A stretch of DNA of 59,596 nt, counting the filler, from Sphacelaria rigidula (taxonomy: Eukaryota), in NCBI GenBank assembly GCA_964200075.2. It is 8 parts of 8 records of this genome, joined end to end, with 100 filler letters (N's around TTAATTAATTAA, not from the genome) between each part and the next. Parts side by side here need not be neighbours in the genome. Positions count along the whole stretch, not along the records: positions 1 to 7,363 come from CAXNAA020015247.1; positions 7,464 to 14,826 come from CAXNAA020015248.1; 6 more parts are not named here. One strand, 5' to 3'. Of this stretch, positions 1 through 11,506 are shown piece after piece. The notes below the pieces were generated by a model that did no database searches, was not told the DNA's origin, and saw only the letters and a list, made by a program, of their open reading frames with translations. The position numbers were made by a program, and so were the translations under genes. Numbering within the stretch: position 1 is the stretch's first letter; every line of letters starts with the position of its first letter.

Positions 1-989
1 CCAGTCGGCCCTGGGGTCGTGGGGCAACGGCTGAGGGCGCGAGGACGGGGAGGGAAGAGGAGACAACACCGCACTGTACTATACAGCATTGTGCTGCATG
101 GTACCGCTACACTGTGAGTCTGAGTTCGCCGTGTCTTTCTATGAGTACAGTAGAGTTAATCGGCGTTGGGCTACACTATAACAGTAGTTGATACTCCTTG
201 ATTTGAGCGTGAACAACGAGACTCGTATCTTCAAACCCATGTGCTCCCAGCGTGAGCAGAACGCGTTTTTGTCGAAATCAGCGCCACAGGCACTGATTTC
301 AGGTCTACCAACGCCACACATTGCCTCGAGAACCCTATGCACCTTCCTCGCCCGAGGGTTCTCGGTATACCTTGGGTTGGGGCTAGGGTTGGGGTTAGTG
401 ATAGTTGTAAAATGTGTCAATCATGGATATAATGTGGATCAAGTCCGCTTAACCCACCTCCAGCAGTCACCCCCAGAGTGGGTCATCTCTGTATCTGTAT
501 TGGAATACGTTCGGCTCAAAACATGGACGGTGATCAGACAGTACGGCCGTGAGCAGTGCCGCAGGGCGGTTCGTGTGTCATGCGCGCTGTAAGCCTTCTG
601 AGGCTTTGTCCAACGGGCCAACCGGATCGTTCGCGTCTCACTAGCTTTTTACATCAGAAAGATCCCACACACATTTCGACAGAAAAATCGTGCATGTTCG
701 GGGCCCGATTAGCATCTCCAACTGTTGACAGGGGCGCATGCAAAGGCTTGCCACACAACGTAACAAATCAGAGGATAAGCTAAACAACGTAATGCCCCCG
801 CAAACCAAAAACGCATTGTCGTAGCTGCTCATCAGCTGAGCACATTGTGCGTGACCTTGTTCACATCGGTTGGGAAATCACTGAGAAGCGATTACTTGTG
901 TGGGACGCGCGCACAGCACACGCGCTCAAACGGCCAGGAGCGACACGTTTTCAGTTCAAATTTGAAACACAAGCCTTTCATCCAATACT

Positions 990-1468
990 AGTGTATCTTC
1001 ATGCCCACTCTTCTCGTCAATTAGTATGGGATGAATCTGTGGGTGCACCAGCCGCGTGGGCTGGTGTGTCCACTTCCGCGTGTGGAGACTCAACCCGAGT
1101 GTTTTCTCTCCCGGTGTCAATAATTCTCGGGTCTCTCTCACGTGGAAAGGAAGAGTTTGCAAGAAGATACATCATTATTCAGTGTCTGTCTCTGCATAAC
1201 TGTGTTTGGGTGGGCGGGTTGTGTCTCAAATCGGTTCCTGCTTTCCGTGCTGTTTCTCGTTGATCAGGGATCGATGATCAATAAAAAGCTGGTTTCGTGT
1301 GGGGCTCGTATATCACTCTTACTTGACAGTCCCGTGTCATAACGCCTGCGGCTATATGTAGAACTTTTTGTCAAATGATCCCAGTGTATCTTCATGCCCA
1401 CTCTTCTTGTCAATTAGTATAGGATGGATCTGTGGGTGCACCATCCGCGGCTGGTGTATCCCCTCCGC
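990..1468. repeat. Direct repeat pair (990-1079 and 1383-1468), consistent with B1/B2 split direct repeats of a PAT/Ngaro-type element
   Basis: Both copies read agtgtatcttcatgcccactcttct(c/t)gtcaattagtat(g/a)ggatg(a/g)atctgtgggtgcacca...ctggtgt.tcc and lie immediately 3' of the YR. Confidence 0.8.
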
Positions 1469-1595
1469 CTGTACTGGTCTGAGTTGACCATACGGATTTT
1501 CGTTACTCTTGCTAGCTCAATCATTTGGTGACTCAGTTCATCCCTTACTCTCTCGGGTACGGCCCTCTATGTTCTTATCGCACCTGCTGGTCTCT

Positions 1596-2040
1596 CTACG
1601 TGTACATGGGTTGTTTCCCGAAGGCGGACCAAGACTTACTCTGTTCCTGTGATGGGAACTCGTTAATTTCACTGTACTGAGCTTCTGAGACGCCTTCGAT
1701 CATTCGGTTTCCGACTGTTCCGGGATCTACCAATTCCATCAATCTCATATATCTCCACGCCGTGCTCGGTCTTTTCCAGAAAGCCTTCTGCATTATCGTT
1801 TACAAATCGTCGCCTGCCAGGGCAATGGAGACGGCGCCTCCCAAGCGAAACGAATGCATAGAGAACGGGCACTTTACTCCAGCATCCTTTCCTCGTTGTC
1901 CGAGGATTGCCGTCATCTGAGCGGCCGGCATAGGTGTCGAACCGCGTTTCGGGGTTGTTGTCGACGTGTACATCTGGGGAAAGAGATAGCCTTGGGTCAA
2001 ATTCCAAGGCACTCTTGCTCGCGAGGCGGAGACTCGAGCC
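1596..2040 (-). pseudogene. C-terminal part of tyrosine recombinase (YR) of the DIRS/PAT-like element
   Basis: GYLFP...HSFRLGGAVSIALAGDDL*TIMQKAFWKRPSTAWRYMRL gives HxxR, W and catalytic Y of the phage-integrase fold. There is one in-frame stop at 1800-1802, and the N-terminal half appears deleted. Confidence 0.8.
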
Positions 2041-2291
2041 ATACTCGAGCTGTGGCTGGGCGGGTTGCGCTTGTGGCCTAGGTGGGCGAGCATCGTTGTT
2101 ATCCGTACTAGTAACGGTTGCACCAAAGCGAGGAGCATTAGGAGCGCCTGGATGTGTTGAAATGGTCGCGCGAACAGAGCTTTCGTTAGGTGGTTCTCGG
2201 GTACTTCACGTGTGGTAATTGTCGTCTTAGAGAGCAGAGCATCTCTTGTGAAACTTTGCAATAAAGGGTCATGCCGAATATCTTTCATTCA

Positions 2292-4464
2292 TCAGGCTTG
2301 GAAATCTACTTCAACTGCGTGCATGTCCCATTCATGAAGTACGAACGCCTCCGGTCCTCGTTGATGGTCGGTACGAAAGAACTGCCTATTCTCCCCTTTT
2401 CTAAATACAAGCTTGGTACGTACGGCTGCTTCTGTGAGCATAGGGTACCACGACGCCGGTCTCGCTGGAACCACTATCACCGCACGGGCGTGGCAATCTG
2501 CGATGTGCTGAAGCACTACTCCGATCATCACCGGGAGGGGGGGAAACAAAACCCGAAGCATTGCTGCGTCCGACATGATGAGCGGCTAACGTCACAGCTA
2601 AAAACGTCTACCCCGTGTGATCCTGCTGTATGATATCTCGAGTAAAAGGGCAGAGCTGTTCCTCCACCCGGTGCATTCATTAGTCTTCTGGGCTGATGCT
2701 GTCGATGCCATGAGGTCCATGTCGAACCCGCCCCACTCGAACCATAACTGGTCAAAATATTCTGCCCTCAGTCGCACGTGCTCGTCGGCCCCTGATCTTG
2801 AGCGGCTGTCTGCCTCTGAGTTCGTCTTTGAGTCTACCCATCGTAACGTGAGTGTGAAGTCTGGTCTGACTTTGCATCCAGAAGAGCTGTTGGATGAGTG
2901 TGTGCATGCGTTCATCCGTGGCTTTACTTTTCTTGAAGGCGTGGTACATGGTTTCGTTGTCGACATCTATTGACGGACTAGTCCCCGCCACTTCATCAGC
3001 TTGCTCTATGCAGAACAGTCCAAGGACCTCGTGCAGTGCGAACGTTTCCTCGAGATTGATGTGTGCTGTCACCCATTCGGCGGGAAAATCGGCGGCCGCT
3101 GTAAAGGCGACGCCAGAGGGGCCTCGAACAAGGCCCCCCCATGCAAGTGATGAGGCATCTGTGGCGCCGTTTATGGCGATGATGTGGTGACTAGGGCTGT
3201 ACCAGGCCGCCCCATTCATGTTGTCTCGGAGTTTCCGCCATGTAGCTATCTCGTTTCGAAGACCACCTTTGACAGAGAGCGCTACCGTTGCTGTGACATG
3301 TTTTCCTTCCGTCTTTCTGTATATCGCGATCTGTTCGTACATGTGAAGCGTGTACAAGCTGGCTGCTGGCACTGCAACCGACATGCTTGTGCACTTTCCC
3401 GCCAGCTTCTCAAGCATATTGAACGTGATGTTTCCGGTAGCAAGGGCGTCGTCTAAGATATGCTCTAACTTGACGAGCTTATCTTCGGGGACTTCGAACC
3501 GGCAGTTGTCTGTGTCGTACAAAATTCCCAAGAACACAATTTTCGTAGTGGGTTCTAGCTGGCATTTCGAGATGGGCATGAAGTATGCACAGTGATAGAA
3601 GACTGACAGCGCCAGGAGGGCTGCTGAGCTTGCTGCCTGTTTGTGCGTATTAGGTGGATCATGTTTTGTCGAGCGGGCTCCCGTCAGCCGGGAATCGTCG
3701 ATCCACGCCAGTACTGGTACATGTCGGGATCGCAGGTATTGTGCCACCGCCTCGCTCAGGGTGTGGTGGATGTAGGGGAAACTGCACCAACCAAAACAGA
3801 GGACAGTCCAGACGTAATATTCGCCCTTCCACTGAAAACCGAAGTATTCCCATGATGTGGGGTCGAGGGGCACATGGTGAAAACCTGATTTGTGGTCCAT
3901 CGTACCCTGGTGAGCACCTTGCCACGAGCATTGGGCCATTTTTCTTACTCCTTTCATCTTGAACGGCATATCCTTGCAAACGAGGTTCAGCCAACGGCCG
4001 TCCCAGATCAATCATGGTTTCGACGGTTCTACTCCGAGCGGGAGAGACATGCGTGGCTTGGGTTGTGCGTGAACGTCTGCTATCTCCGCCCATCGCACCA
4101 CGCAGCCTTTATCGACACGTTTTCTGATCTCGCAGTCGATAAACAGTTCGTGTTCTGGATTCACGTGGTTGGGTAACTCCACACCCATGAGGTCGGCGCC
4201 GTGAAAGGGGCTTCCTTGGAAACTTCCTGTCGTTCATTTGTCGACGAATGTGTGTATCTCTACACCGTAAATCCACGACAATGACAAGTCGGGTTGCATG
4301 TGGTCCTTCAGAATGACATATTTCCAGAACGGGACTGCCGTGCTCAGGTGTCCTGGAACAAAGTCTTTCTCGTTGTATACGGGGGTTGTCGTGGGGCTTG
4401 GGGCGGTTCTCCTGATTCCCAGCCTTCCTGGATCTGGTTCGCAGAGGGATCCTGGATCATACAC
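2292..4464 (-). pseudogene. DIRS-type pol: reverse transcriptase + RNase H + Dam-like methyltransferase domain, disrupted
   Basis: RT: KP*LIWDGRWLN, DHKSGFHHV, LCFGWCSFP, AWIDD, FLGI. RH: ATDASSLAWGG, HINLEE, DVDN, WVDSKTNSEADSRSR. MT: DMDLMAS, FYSRY..GVDVFS, FPP..MIGVVLQH..VIVVP..WYPML. In-frame TGA at 4234-4236 and 4012-4014, plus frameshifts near 2880, 2680 and 2545. Confidence 0.9.
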
Positions 4465-5859
4465 TCGCTATGGGCTGAAGCTCGATTTCCTTGTATATCC
4501 GTCTAGTCCGTACGAAAATATGTATGCATCGCGTTCGTACGTCTGGATCTTTCTGCCAGAAAAGCTATCAGGTCTGGTTGGTCCTGTAGACGCGTATAGT
4601 ATACAATCAAAATACGAAACCGTCGGACGGATGTGTCGTGGATGTATAGATATTTTGGACCCAACAGAAATTTCACTTTTTTTTTTCCCCCCAAAGCGAG
4701 CGCTTCCACGTATCCCACTGCGCACCAGAGTCCAGGCCACGAGTGAAAGCGAGGTCAAAAGGGTTGCAGGCGGGGCATTGGAGCTGCGTTATGTCGGATG
4801 ATGACATTTTCAGATCATCCGGCACTCATTTCATCTTGAGGGCGAACATGACACTTTGGGGTCAACTGTAGTGGACTGGGTTACAGCGGCTTAGTATTAT
4901 TTCCAGTACACATTTAGGATACAGAGGGCATAAGAAAGCTGCGCGGGGTGTGGTGTTTCGAGAGGAGAGTGTGCAATGTTCGTGTGTTGCGTGGAAAGGT
5001 AAAACTCCCGCTCGGGTATTCTGCAATACAGCGGTGGGTCCGGCCTGTCGCCGAACCGGGCTCCATCATATGTCGCGTGGTACAAATAACCCGAGGCGGA
5101 CTCGCCATCGGGGCAACAGAGCAGCAAACAGTATTCGATTCATGTTTATTCCATCTCTTGAAAACGGTACGCAAGATTTGTCTCGCCTATTAACTTATGA
5201 AACAGGACAGCGTAGCCAATGAAGCACAACCGCCGCCCCCTACTGTCTCACAATTTACCAGTACCGCACACAGTGTAACACGAAACGAGTGTCGACCGGT
5301 GAACCACTTGGGGTCTCCTTTGGGGAATAAAGGACAAGACACCATGCGGTATTCTCCGTTATCGCTCTCATTTATCACTCGAAAGTGCACTGCTATAACG
5401 AAGGGGGAGCCGGGCAAATGTGGTGCAAGACGTGCGTTATGAATCTGTGCTTGGTTCCTGCTTAACCGCCGGGGTCGTGGATATGACGTATCCAGAAAAC
5501 AACCCGCACGTCTTTGGCGATCATGCTATTGTCAGCGTACTTCCATGTAAACCGCGTAATATGGCGTTTTCAACGTGGAAAAATCGCCGTCTCTCACACG
5601 TATTCGTATAGGGCCTATCTGAGGACTCTGGCGTCAAACAGATTACGCACAACATGCGAAGGTGAGTGCTTATTCCAATCCACCGCCATGGCCGAAGGTT
5701 AAAACCCAAGCCCCTTCCCACGGCCAAGAGAACTGACACACAAAATCCCCTCGGGTTTTAGCTGCTCACGCACAGGCAAACCCTGGGTGGCAAAGACGTT
5801 CTTCAATTGCGTATACAGGTTGGTTCACGCTCATCATCCAAGAACACTCATATGAAAAA

Positions 5860-6480
5860 AACTCACGCCGTTTTAAGGAGATGTATCTTGAAATTCTGCA
5901 CAGATGTTCCATGGGGCATTACGCAACTTTCGAAGGTCAATTGTTTTTCTACTATTCTAGTTTTTCACCGTTTTTCAGGGGGCTCAGTTTTTTCGGGGGA
6001 ACATCGATCCCATCGGACCCCCGTCAAACGGTAAAAAACATCAACTCGAAAACTCTCGCTCATCCACAGTTGCATTACGACCCATAGCACCGTTGTGCAA
6101 AATTTTAGGGTTCAACTCCTTGAAACGGCGTGACGTTTTTCGCTTTTGTGCGATCAACTTCGCCGTGCCGCGGTGAAACCTCAAACCACTTGATTTTAGA
6201 ACAGAAACGGCGTGAAAATTCAGTCATCAGCTGATCGAAGTAGGCGACGACAGCTCGTCCGCGAAAAAGGTGAAGATCAGTGCCGGTTCTCCGGGGTCCC
6301 AGAATGGGGACTACTGCGAAAAACGCCTTGGATCCCGTCGGACCCCCGAAAAACGGTGAAACACTCAAAAAGCATGAAAACCTTGTTCATAGAACGTCGC
6401 GTAATGACACATAGCACATTTGTGCAAAGTTTCAGGGTCTCACTACTAGTAACGGTGTGAACGTTTCGCGTTTGTGGAGG
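5860..6480. repeat. Degenerate internal repeat array (one inverted plus two direct copies of an ~70-bp tgtgcaaa.ttt.aggg..aacgg.gtga unit), typical of a non-autonomous DNA element
   Basis: Units at ~5862-5928 (inverted), ~6070-6140 and ~6398-6470. The motif gatccc.tcggacccccg is also duplicated at ~6006 and ~6330. Confidence 0.5.
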
Positions 6481-7363
6481 ACGTGGGCTTGAAACGTGCA
6501 CCTCCTAACTACTTGATTCTAATATGGAAACGTCTTTACTGGTGAATTTCACGTCAAGGCAAGAACAACTGTTATGGGGGTGATTGGGGCCAATTTTTGG
6601 GCACTATATACCTGGAAAATGGACCGACCAACTGCACAGTCAGTTGAATGCAGAAGAAATGAAACCTAAATGAGCCAATCAGTATCAACCACAAGTACAC
6701 GCGTCACCCGAAACGACGACGGCGCTCATACAAAATGTACTATTGCTATAGTACATTCTACAACACACCTGTGACTGACGTTGCTGTACACCTGAACAAA
6801 GGGTTGCAACAACAGGAGGATAGAAGCTGCTGCTCGTGTCGTTGTTGTGCCCCTCTTGTTGCAGTATGTTGTTGTGCTCATCTTTCAACTCTATTCTCTC
6901 GGCAAGGAAGCAGAGGATTGGACTGCGGTTTGATGCATGCGCTTCCCACACACCAGAACTACCAAGTGTTGCACGCAGGTTTCCGTAACACGTGCCACGG
7001 CGGCCGCAGCACTCTGCAAACGGCTGAATCAAACATGAAATGTACTGTAAACGCGTCTCCTGCAACGTTCTGGGGCTTTTCGGATCCGCTGTGGCGAATT
7101 GAGCAACTCCACCGCCACACTGAATAGATCTAGTGTGTGTACGGGGGTCTGTGTAGTGCCACAGGTCGCTTTGCTTTCTGTCTCGAGAAGTGCATGATGA
7201 AAAAGTTACAGCTGTCGCACACTTTTTTTTTTCTTCTCATACTTTTAACCCCTCCACTTCCTCGGGCTGAGTCCGTGCTCCTCAAGGGATCAACCCATCT
7301 CTCCCCCGGTACGCGACTTTCATTTTGGTCTCGCGGATTGAGTCAGCACTTCCGCACCGCGTC

Positions 7364-7463
7364 NNNNNNNNNNNNNNNNNNNNNNNNNNNNNNNNNNNNN
7401 NNNNNNNTTAATTAATTAANNNNNNNNNNNNNNNNNNNNNNNNNNNNNNNNNNNNNNNNNNNN
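7364..7463. other. Artificial contig-joining spacer (N44-TTAATTAATTAA-N44); identical spacers at 14827-14926, 22289-22388, 29751-29850, 37213-37312, 44675-44774, 52136-52235
   Basis: Seven identical 100-bp spacers carrying a six-frame-stop 12-mer. The intervening segments are 7363, 7363, 7362, 7362, 7362, 7362, 7361 and 7361 bp, i.e. length-sorted contigs. Confidence 0.98.
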
Positions 7464-7557
7464 CCGGGTTCTCATCCTCAATGAAAAGCATCATCCTCAA
7501 TATAGATGATCGGCTGTTTGGTGAGCTTTGCGGGGTGTGTGTCTGCTTCTGCTCCTT

Positions 7558-7558
<1 letters not shown>

Positions 7559-7595
<37 letters not shown>
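7559..7595. repeat. (AT)n microsatellite
   Basis: Perfect ATAT run. Confidence 0.95.
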
Positions 7596-7596
<1 letters not shown>

Positions 7597-7769
7597 TTAC
7601 ATAAACTATATCATATGATGATCATATATTATACAGCATATATATCAATATATAATTATACAAAATAGTATATACTGCTGCATAATAATAAATAAATAAT
7701 ATGAATATAATTATATTAGACTATATGGATATATTGTGTATTATATTATATTAAATGTAGTACATTTTT

Positions 7770-8064
7770 AGGAGAAGGAGCATATGTATAATATAGTCTA
7801 TACATGGACCTATATTATGTGATGGATGATACATGAAATATAGTACATTGGATATGATATATGAAACACATTATAAGATATATACTTCATGATGTATAAT
7901 ATACAAGAATCTCTACTGTCCATGGCAGCTGACTGCATCCGCCACAGCTTCGGTGAAAAACCAGGGGACACACGGCTAGGTGTTCCCCCCCGCCCCCCCC
8001 TCGAAAACTCGAATTTTCGATCTTGGGGCCTGCGTGTCCGGCATCTCATTTTCGCTGCTCCCTG
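7770..8064 (-). mobile_element. End of a non-autonomous DNA transposon (CAGGG terminus, hAT-like); second copy at 40329-40686
   Basis: About 300 bp shared with 40329-40686 (ggagaag.agcata...ctactgtc..ggcagctgac...tcgaaaactcgaatttt..atcttgggg...ttttcgctgc.ccctg). Homology stops at CCCTG in both copies. Confidence 0.65.
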
Positions 8065-8246
8065 TCGAACACGCAAACGGAAGCCAAACGTCTCATTTTC
8101 CTCAAAGGCGTATGTAGGGTACCGTACACTGTCCACGCCTCTCCTTCTCGTCGAACCCGCGTGTGCTCGCGTACCCTATACCACCCCCTGATAACCCGGC
8201 CATCCCTCCTACTCTTGTGTACAACGTGCGTGTCTGCATTATACAG

Positions 8247-11200
8247 AGTTTGGCCCTGCCGACGGAGGCCCTCACTATTGGGACGAAGCCTGGGCATTCT
8301 ACTCCGGCTCTCTCGAGGGAGAGGAGGGCAACGCCGACGGTGATGTGAGTCTAGTCTATACGGGCGGTCTCCTGCACTCTCTTTGTTTCGTTTCACACCA
8401 GCTGTTGTCAATCGTCGTCAATCGCATCTGGCACGGATGGACTCCCACTACGTCACCCATGATTTTTTGTGGACAGGGAGCTCCCACTGATTGGCTGACC
8501 GTCTACTCGACCCGATCGACCCACATGTATGTCCTGATTGCGGACGGATTCACCCCGTTCGAATGGGTGCATCGACATACTGCTGTCTCTCAGCTTGTTT
8601 CAAGACTGAACAGGGTATCGCAACACCTCTTCGCTGCTCAAGCTCAAAACCAGGCTGCACTGTGTGGTTGATGAAGCAAAGGAGTGAGTCAGAGTTCACC
8701 AGATTGGTACAATAGTTGCACACGGGACGATTCAGAGACTATGCCCCGCGTGTGTTCTTCGTGCAGGGTAGAATGCTGTACGCCGTAGCGCAGAAGCGTT
8801 GCGGAAACTTCGGGACGTGCGGCGGCGCGGACGGCATCACCGGGACGGCCGCCGTCAACGACGCCGTTCTGGATCTGATTATGGCTGGCTCGGACCATCT
8901 CCTGAGCGGCAAGTGCACCGAAGCGGAGGACGCGAAGGAGAGGATCGTAGACCTGATGACGGTCCCGCTGCTCCAGGCCGTCCTCAGGTGTGCGTGCCGA
9001 ATAGACTGAGTTCAATCGGCTACGGCGAAGACTTTCTATCCAGAGCGCGAGGCTGTAGTACCATTTCTGTAGTGTACAAGAAGTCATGTACATGTACATG
9101 TACCAGTACTATGTTCTCCACCAGAGTTGGTATCACATTTCCGTCTCACGAGGTTGCCACCGAGTGTTGGATGGTCACGGCCTGCGGGAGGCGTCGTTGG
9201 AAGTACGAAGGAACCCCTGAGCACGACGAGCACTCACCGAGTTTGTACCACCAGCAGGCGTGTTTTCTTGAATGTGGTGTTGATCCAGAAGTTTACTGCT
9301 TTGTTTGTACGGTGGTGCCGGTCAACGCCTTATCACCACCCATTCTGTTCTCTCCCACCGACGTCGCCAACCACATGCATCACCGCCGCCGCAGGTACCT
9401 CTACCGGGCCGATCCAGCCAGCGACTACGACGGCGACGCCAAGCATGCCGCCGAGCTCTGGGCTTTCGCCGCGGCCATCCTGCCACGCGTCAATGAGTGC
9501 TCGGCGGACGTGGCTGAAACCCTCAGGGCCAACTCGGACATTGACAGCGAGTTCGCCCCGGTGTCGGCGGGCTTTGTCGCCGTGAAAGAAGAGCTTGAGC
9601 GCATCTACGCCTGCTTGGGCATGACGTGTGACCAGGTTAGGCTACAAACAACAACGATCTTGGGTGGCTATTCTCGCAGTCGTAACTGGTCGTGGCATGT
9701 ACGACGAGGTATTCTCTGCGTGCTCGAATTGTTGCATCGAGCAAGGTCATTCATGCTTTGAGGATGATCCCGACAAAGTACAGTCGTTACGAACTGCCGT
9801 GCAGGTCGGTGGTCTCTTGGCCGACGACAGTGCGACGGACTATGTTCCAGGTCTCGAGCCGTGCGGCATCGAGGAAGCTGTGGACTTGGGGTGCTTCCGG
9901 GATTCCAGGAGAGACCGCCTTTTAGCGCGGGGGCTGCTGAACAACCGCCACATGACACCAGACGTGAGTCGCAGTTTCCCCGTTCGATTTTTTCGGCAAC
10001 AACCAACACCCTTCAACATGAGAGTCCAAATTCTGGACACCCCTTCTCAACAAGCAGGATGGACGATATTCGCAATGTGCACCCCAGGGGTGGATGACTT
10101 TTATGCCCGTGGATAAGGTCCCTGAAGGCTGACGTTTACGGTTTTGCACCACCATCCCCCGGGGGGTGTCATGACCAGCGTTATCAGGAAGAATACGAAG
10201 TATGCCGCTATAGATTTCATGCTGTCAAGATCTAAGCGTAATAATGCCGTTGTAGGATCGGTGCCTTTCATTCGCGTCGCGACGTGCCCGCCGTCCTTGC
10301 CACTCACTCTGGACGGTAACGGCACCCCCTGTTTACTATTTTCTTCACAGCTATGCAAGGAGCACTGCGTCGGCAAATACGCGTCGTTCTACGCCGTCCA
10401 GTTCGGCGAAGAGTGAGTTTGCTTCCGTTATTGGCGTGTAGGGTATTGTCTAGTAAATGTGTGCACCCATTGGAGACGTGTGGGAATAACGAAGGATAGG
10501 CTGATTGAAAATGGTTGGTGAATGGTTGAAAACCTTGTTGGCGGCGGTGGCCTTTGAACCCAATGTAGCTACGAAGATGTTCGTCTTGCCCGTCTTGATG
10601 GCGTCCGTGTTCACCATCATGACGAAATATCTAGTATAAGTTCATTCATTCGTTTGTCCACGAAGTTCACGTTTCCCGTGGCAGTTTTTAGCCGTTTCAC
10701 AGCACGCGTGTAAGAAACAAAGTTGCTTGCGACTTTTGCTTCTTGCCTCTCACCTGCGTGCCCGCCGGCCTTATTCTCGTTCCCCAAAATGTGTCCACAG
10801 GTGTTGGTGTGGAGATGAATCCGCCGACTACGCCAAGCTTGGTGCGTTGAACATGACGGAATGCGCATCGCCCTGCACGGGAGACTCTGATTTGTTCTGC
10901 GGTGGCGTCGATGCCTTCCAGATATTCTCAGTGCCGGCAGACACATCTCTAGGGCACCTCGGTTGCTACGCCGACATGACAGGCGATCGCCTGTTCAAGG
11001 CCGGCAAAATCGACCTTGAGCATAACAGCGTGGAGGTAGGTCCGATGGTATCTGGACAGACTTCACGATGGACATCGTATTGCTTTCTTGACTCGGTCTA
11101 TTGCTTGTCGCATGTCAAAAAGATGACCGCTGCATTTTTTCGTCAAGACAACACTCTATCGTCACAACCAACTTGATGATTTGCAAGGCTTTGTTATGAA

Positions 11201-11506
11201 CAAGGTTTTAATGATGGCACCTGCTGCATCTGGTGTACAATTATTTTCGCTATTAGCATATCTGGCGTGTTGCAACTCTTCTATTTTCCTATCGTCATGA
11301 TATCTTTTTTTGGTATCGCGCCGGGCAGGCCTGCCGGACCACCTGCAGCGGCTTTCCGCGCTTCGGCCTGCAGTGGGGGAGCGAGTGCTGGTGCGGCGCA
11401 GAAGACGAGGACTACACGAAGCATGGCGCTTCCACCGACTGCGATTCCCCCTGCAACGGCAACACTCTCTACACGTGCGGCGGATACAAGGCCATGAACA
11501 TTTTCG
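8247..11506 (+). CDS. Partial multi-exon gene: FEA1/ISIP2a (phytotransferrin-like, low-iron-inducible) domain followed by two WSC domains
   Basis: GT-AG exons 8247-8344, 8767-8987, 9395-9635, 9805-9963, 10351-10412, 10801-11035 and 11329-11506 splice in frame. Product: HYWDEAWAFYSGSLEG..GRMLYAVAQKRCGNFGTC..LMTVPLLQAVLRYLY..AELWAFAAAILPRVNECS..VKEELERIYACLGMTCDQVGG..YVPGLEPC, then LGCFRD..MTPDLCKEHC..AVQFGEECWCG..CASPCTGD..FCGG and LGCYAD..NSVEACRTTC..GLQWGSECWCG..CDSPCNGN..TCGG. Start and stop codons were not located. Confidence 0.88.

Larger units (their letters stand above)
990..4464 (-). mobile_element. Decayed DIRS/PAT-like tyrosine-recombinase retrotransposon (pol RT-RNaseH-MT, partial YR, 3' split direct repeats; gag/5' end not seen)
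   Basis: Colinear RT, RNase H, methyltransferase-like and YR motifs on the minus strand, with an ~88-bp direct repeat pair downstream. Confidence 0.9.

Noticed and set aside
372-398. Telomere-like gggttggggctagggttggggttag
   Set aside because: Only ~4 degenerate units, internal to the contig; not a telomere.
8799-9761. 320-aa ORF in the ORF track
   Set aside because: Composite of an out-of-frame exon, intron and one true exon (9395-9635). The real gene is spliced.
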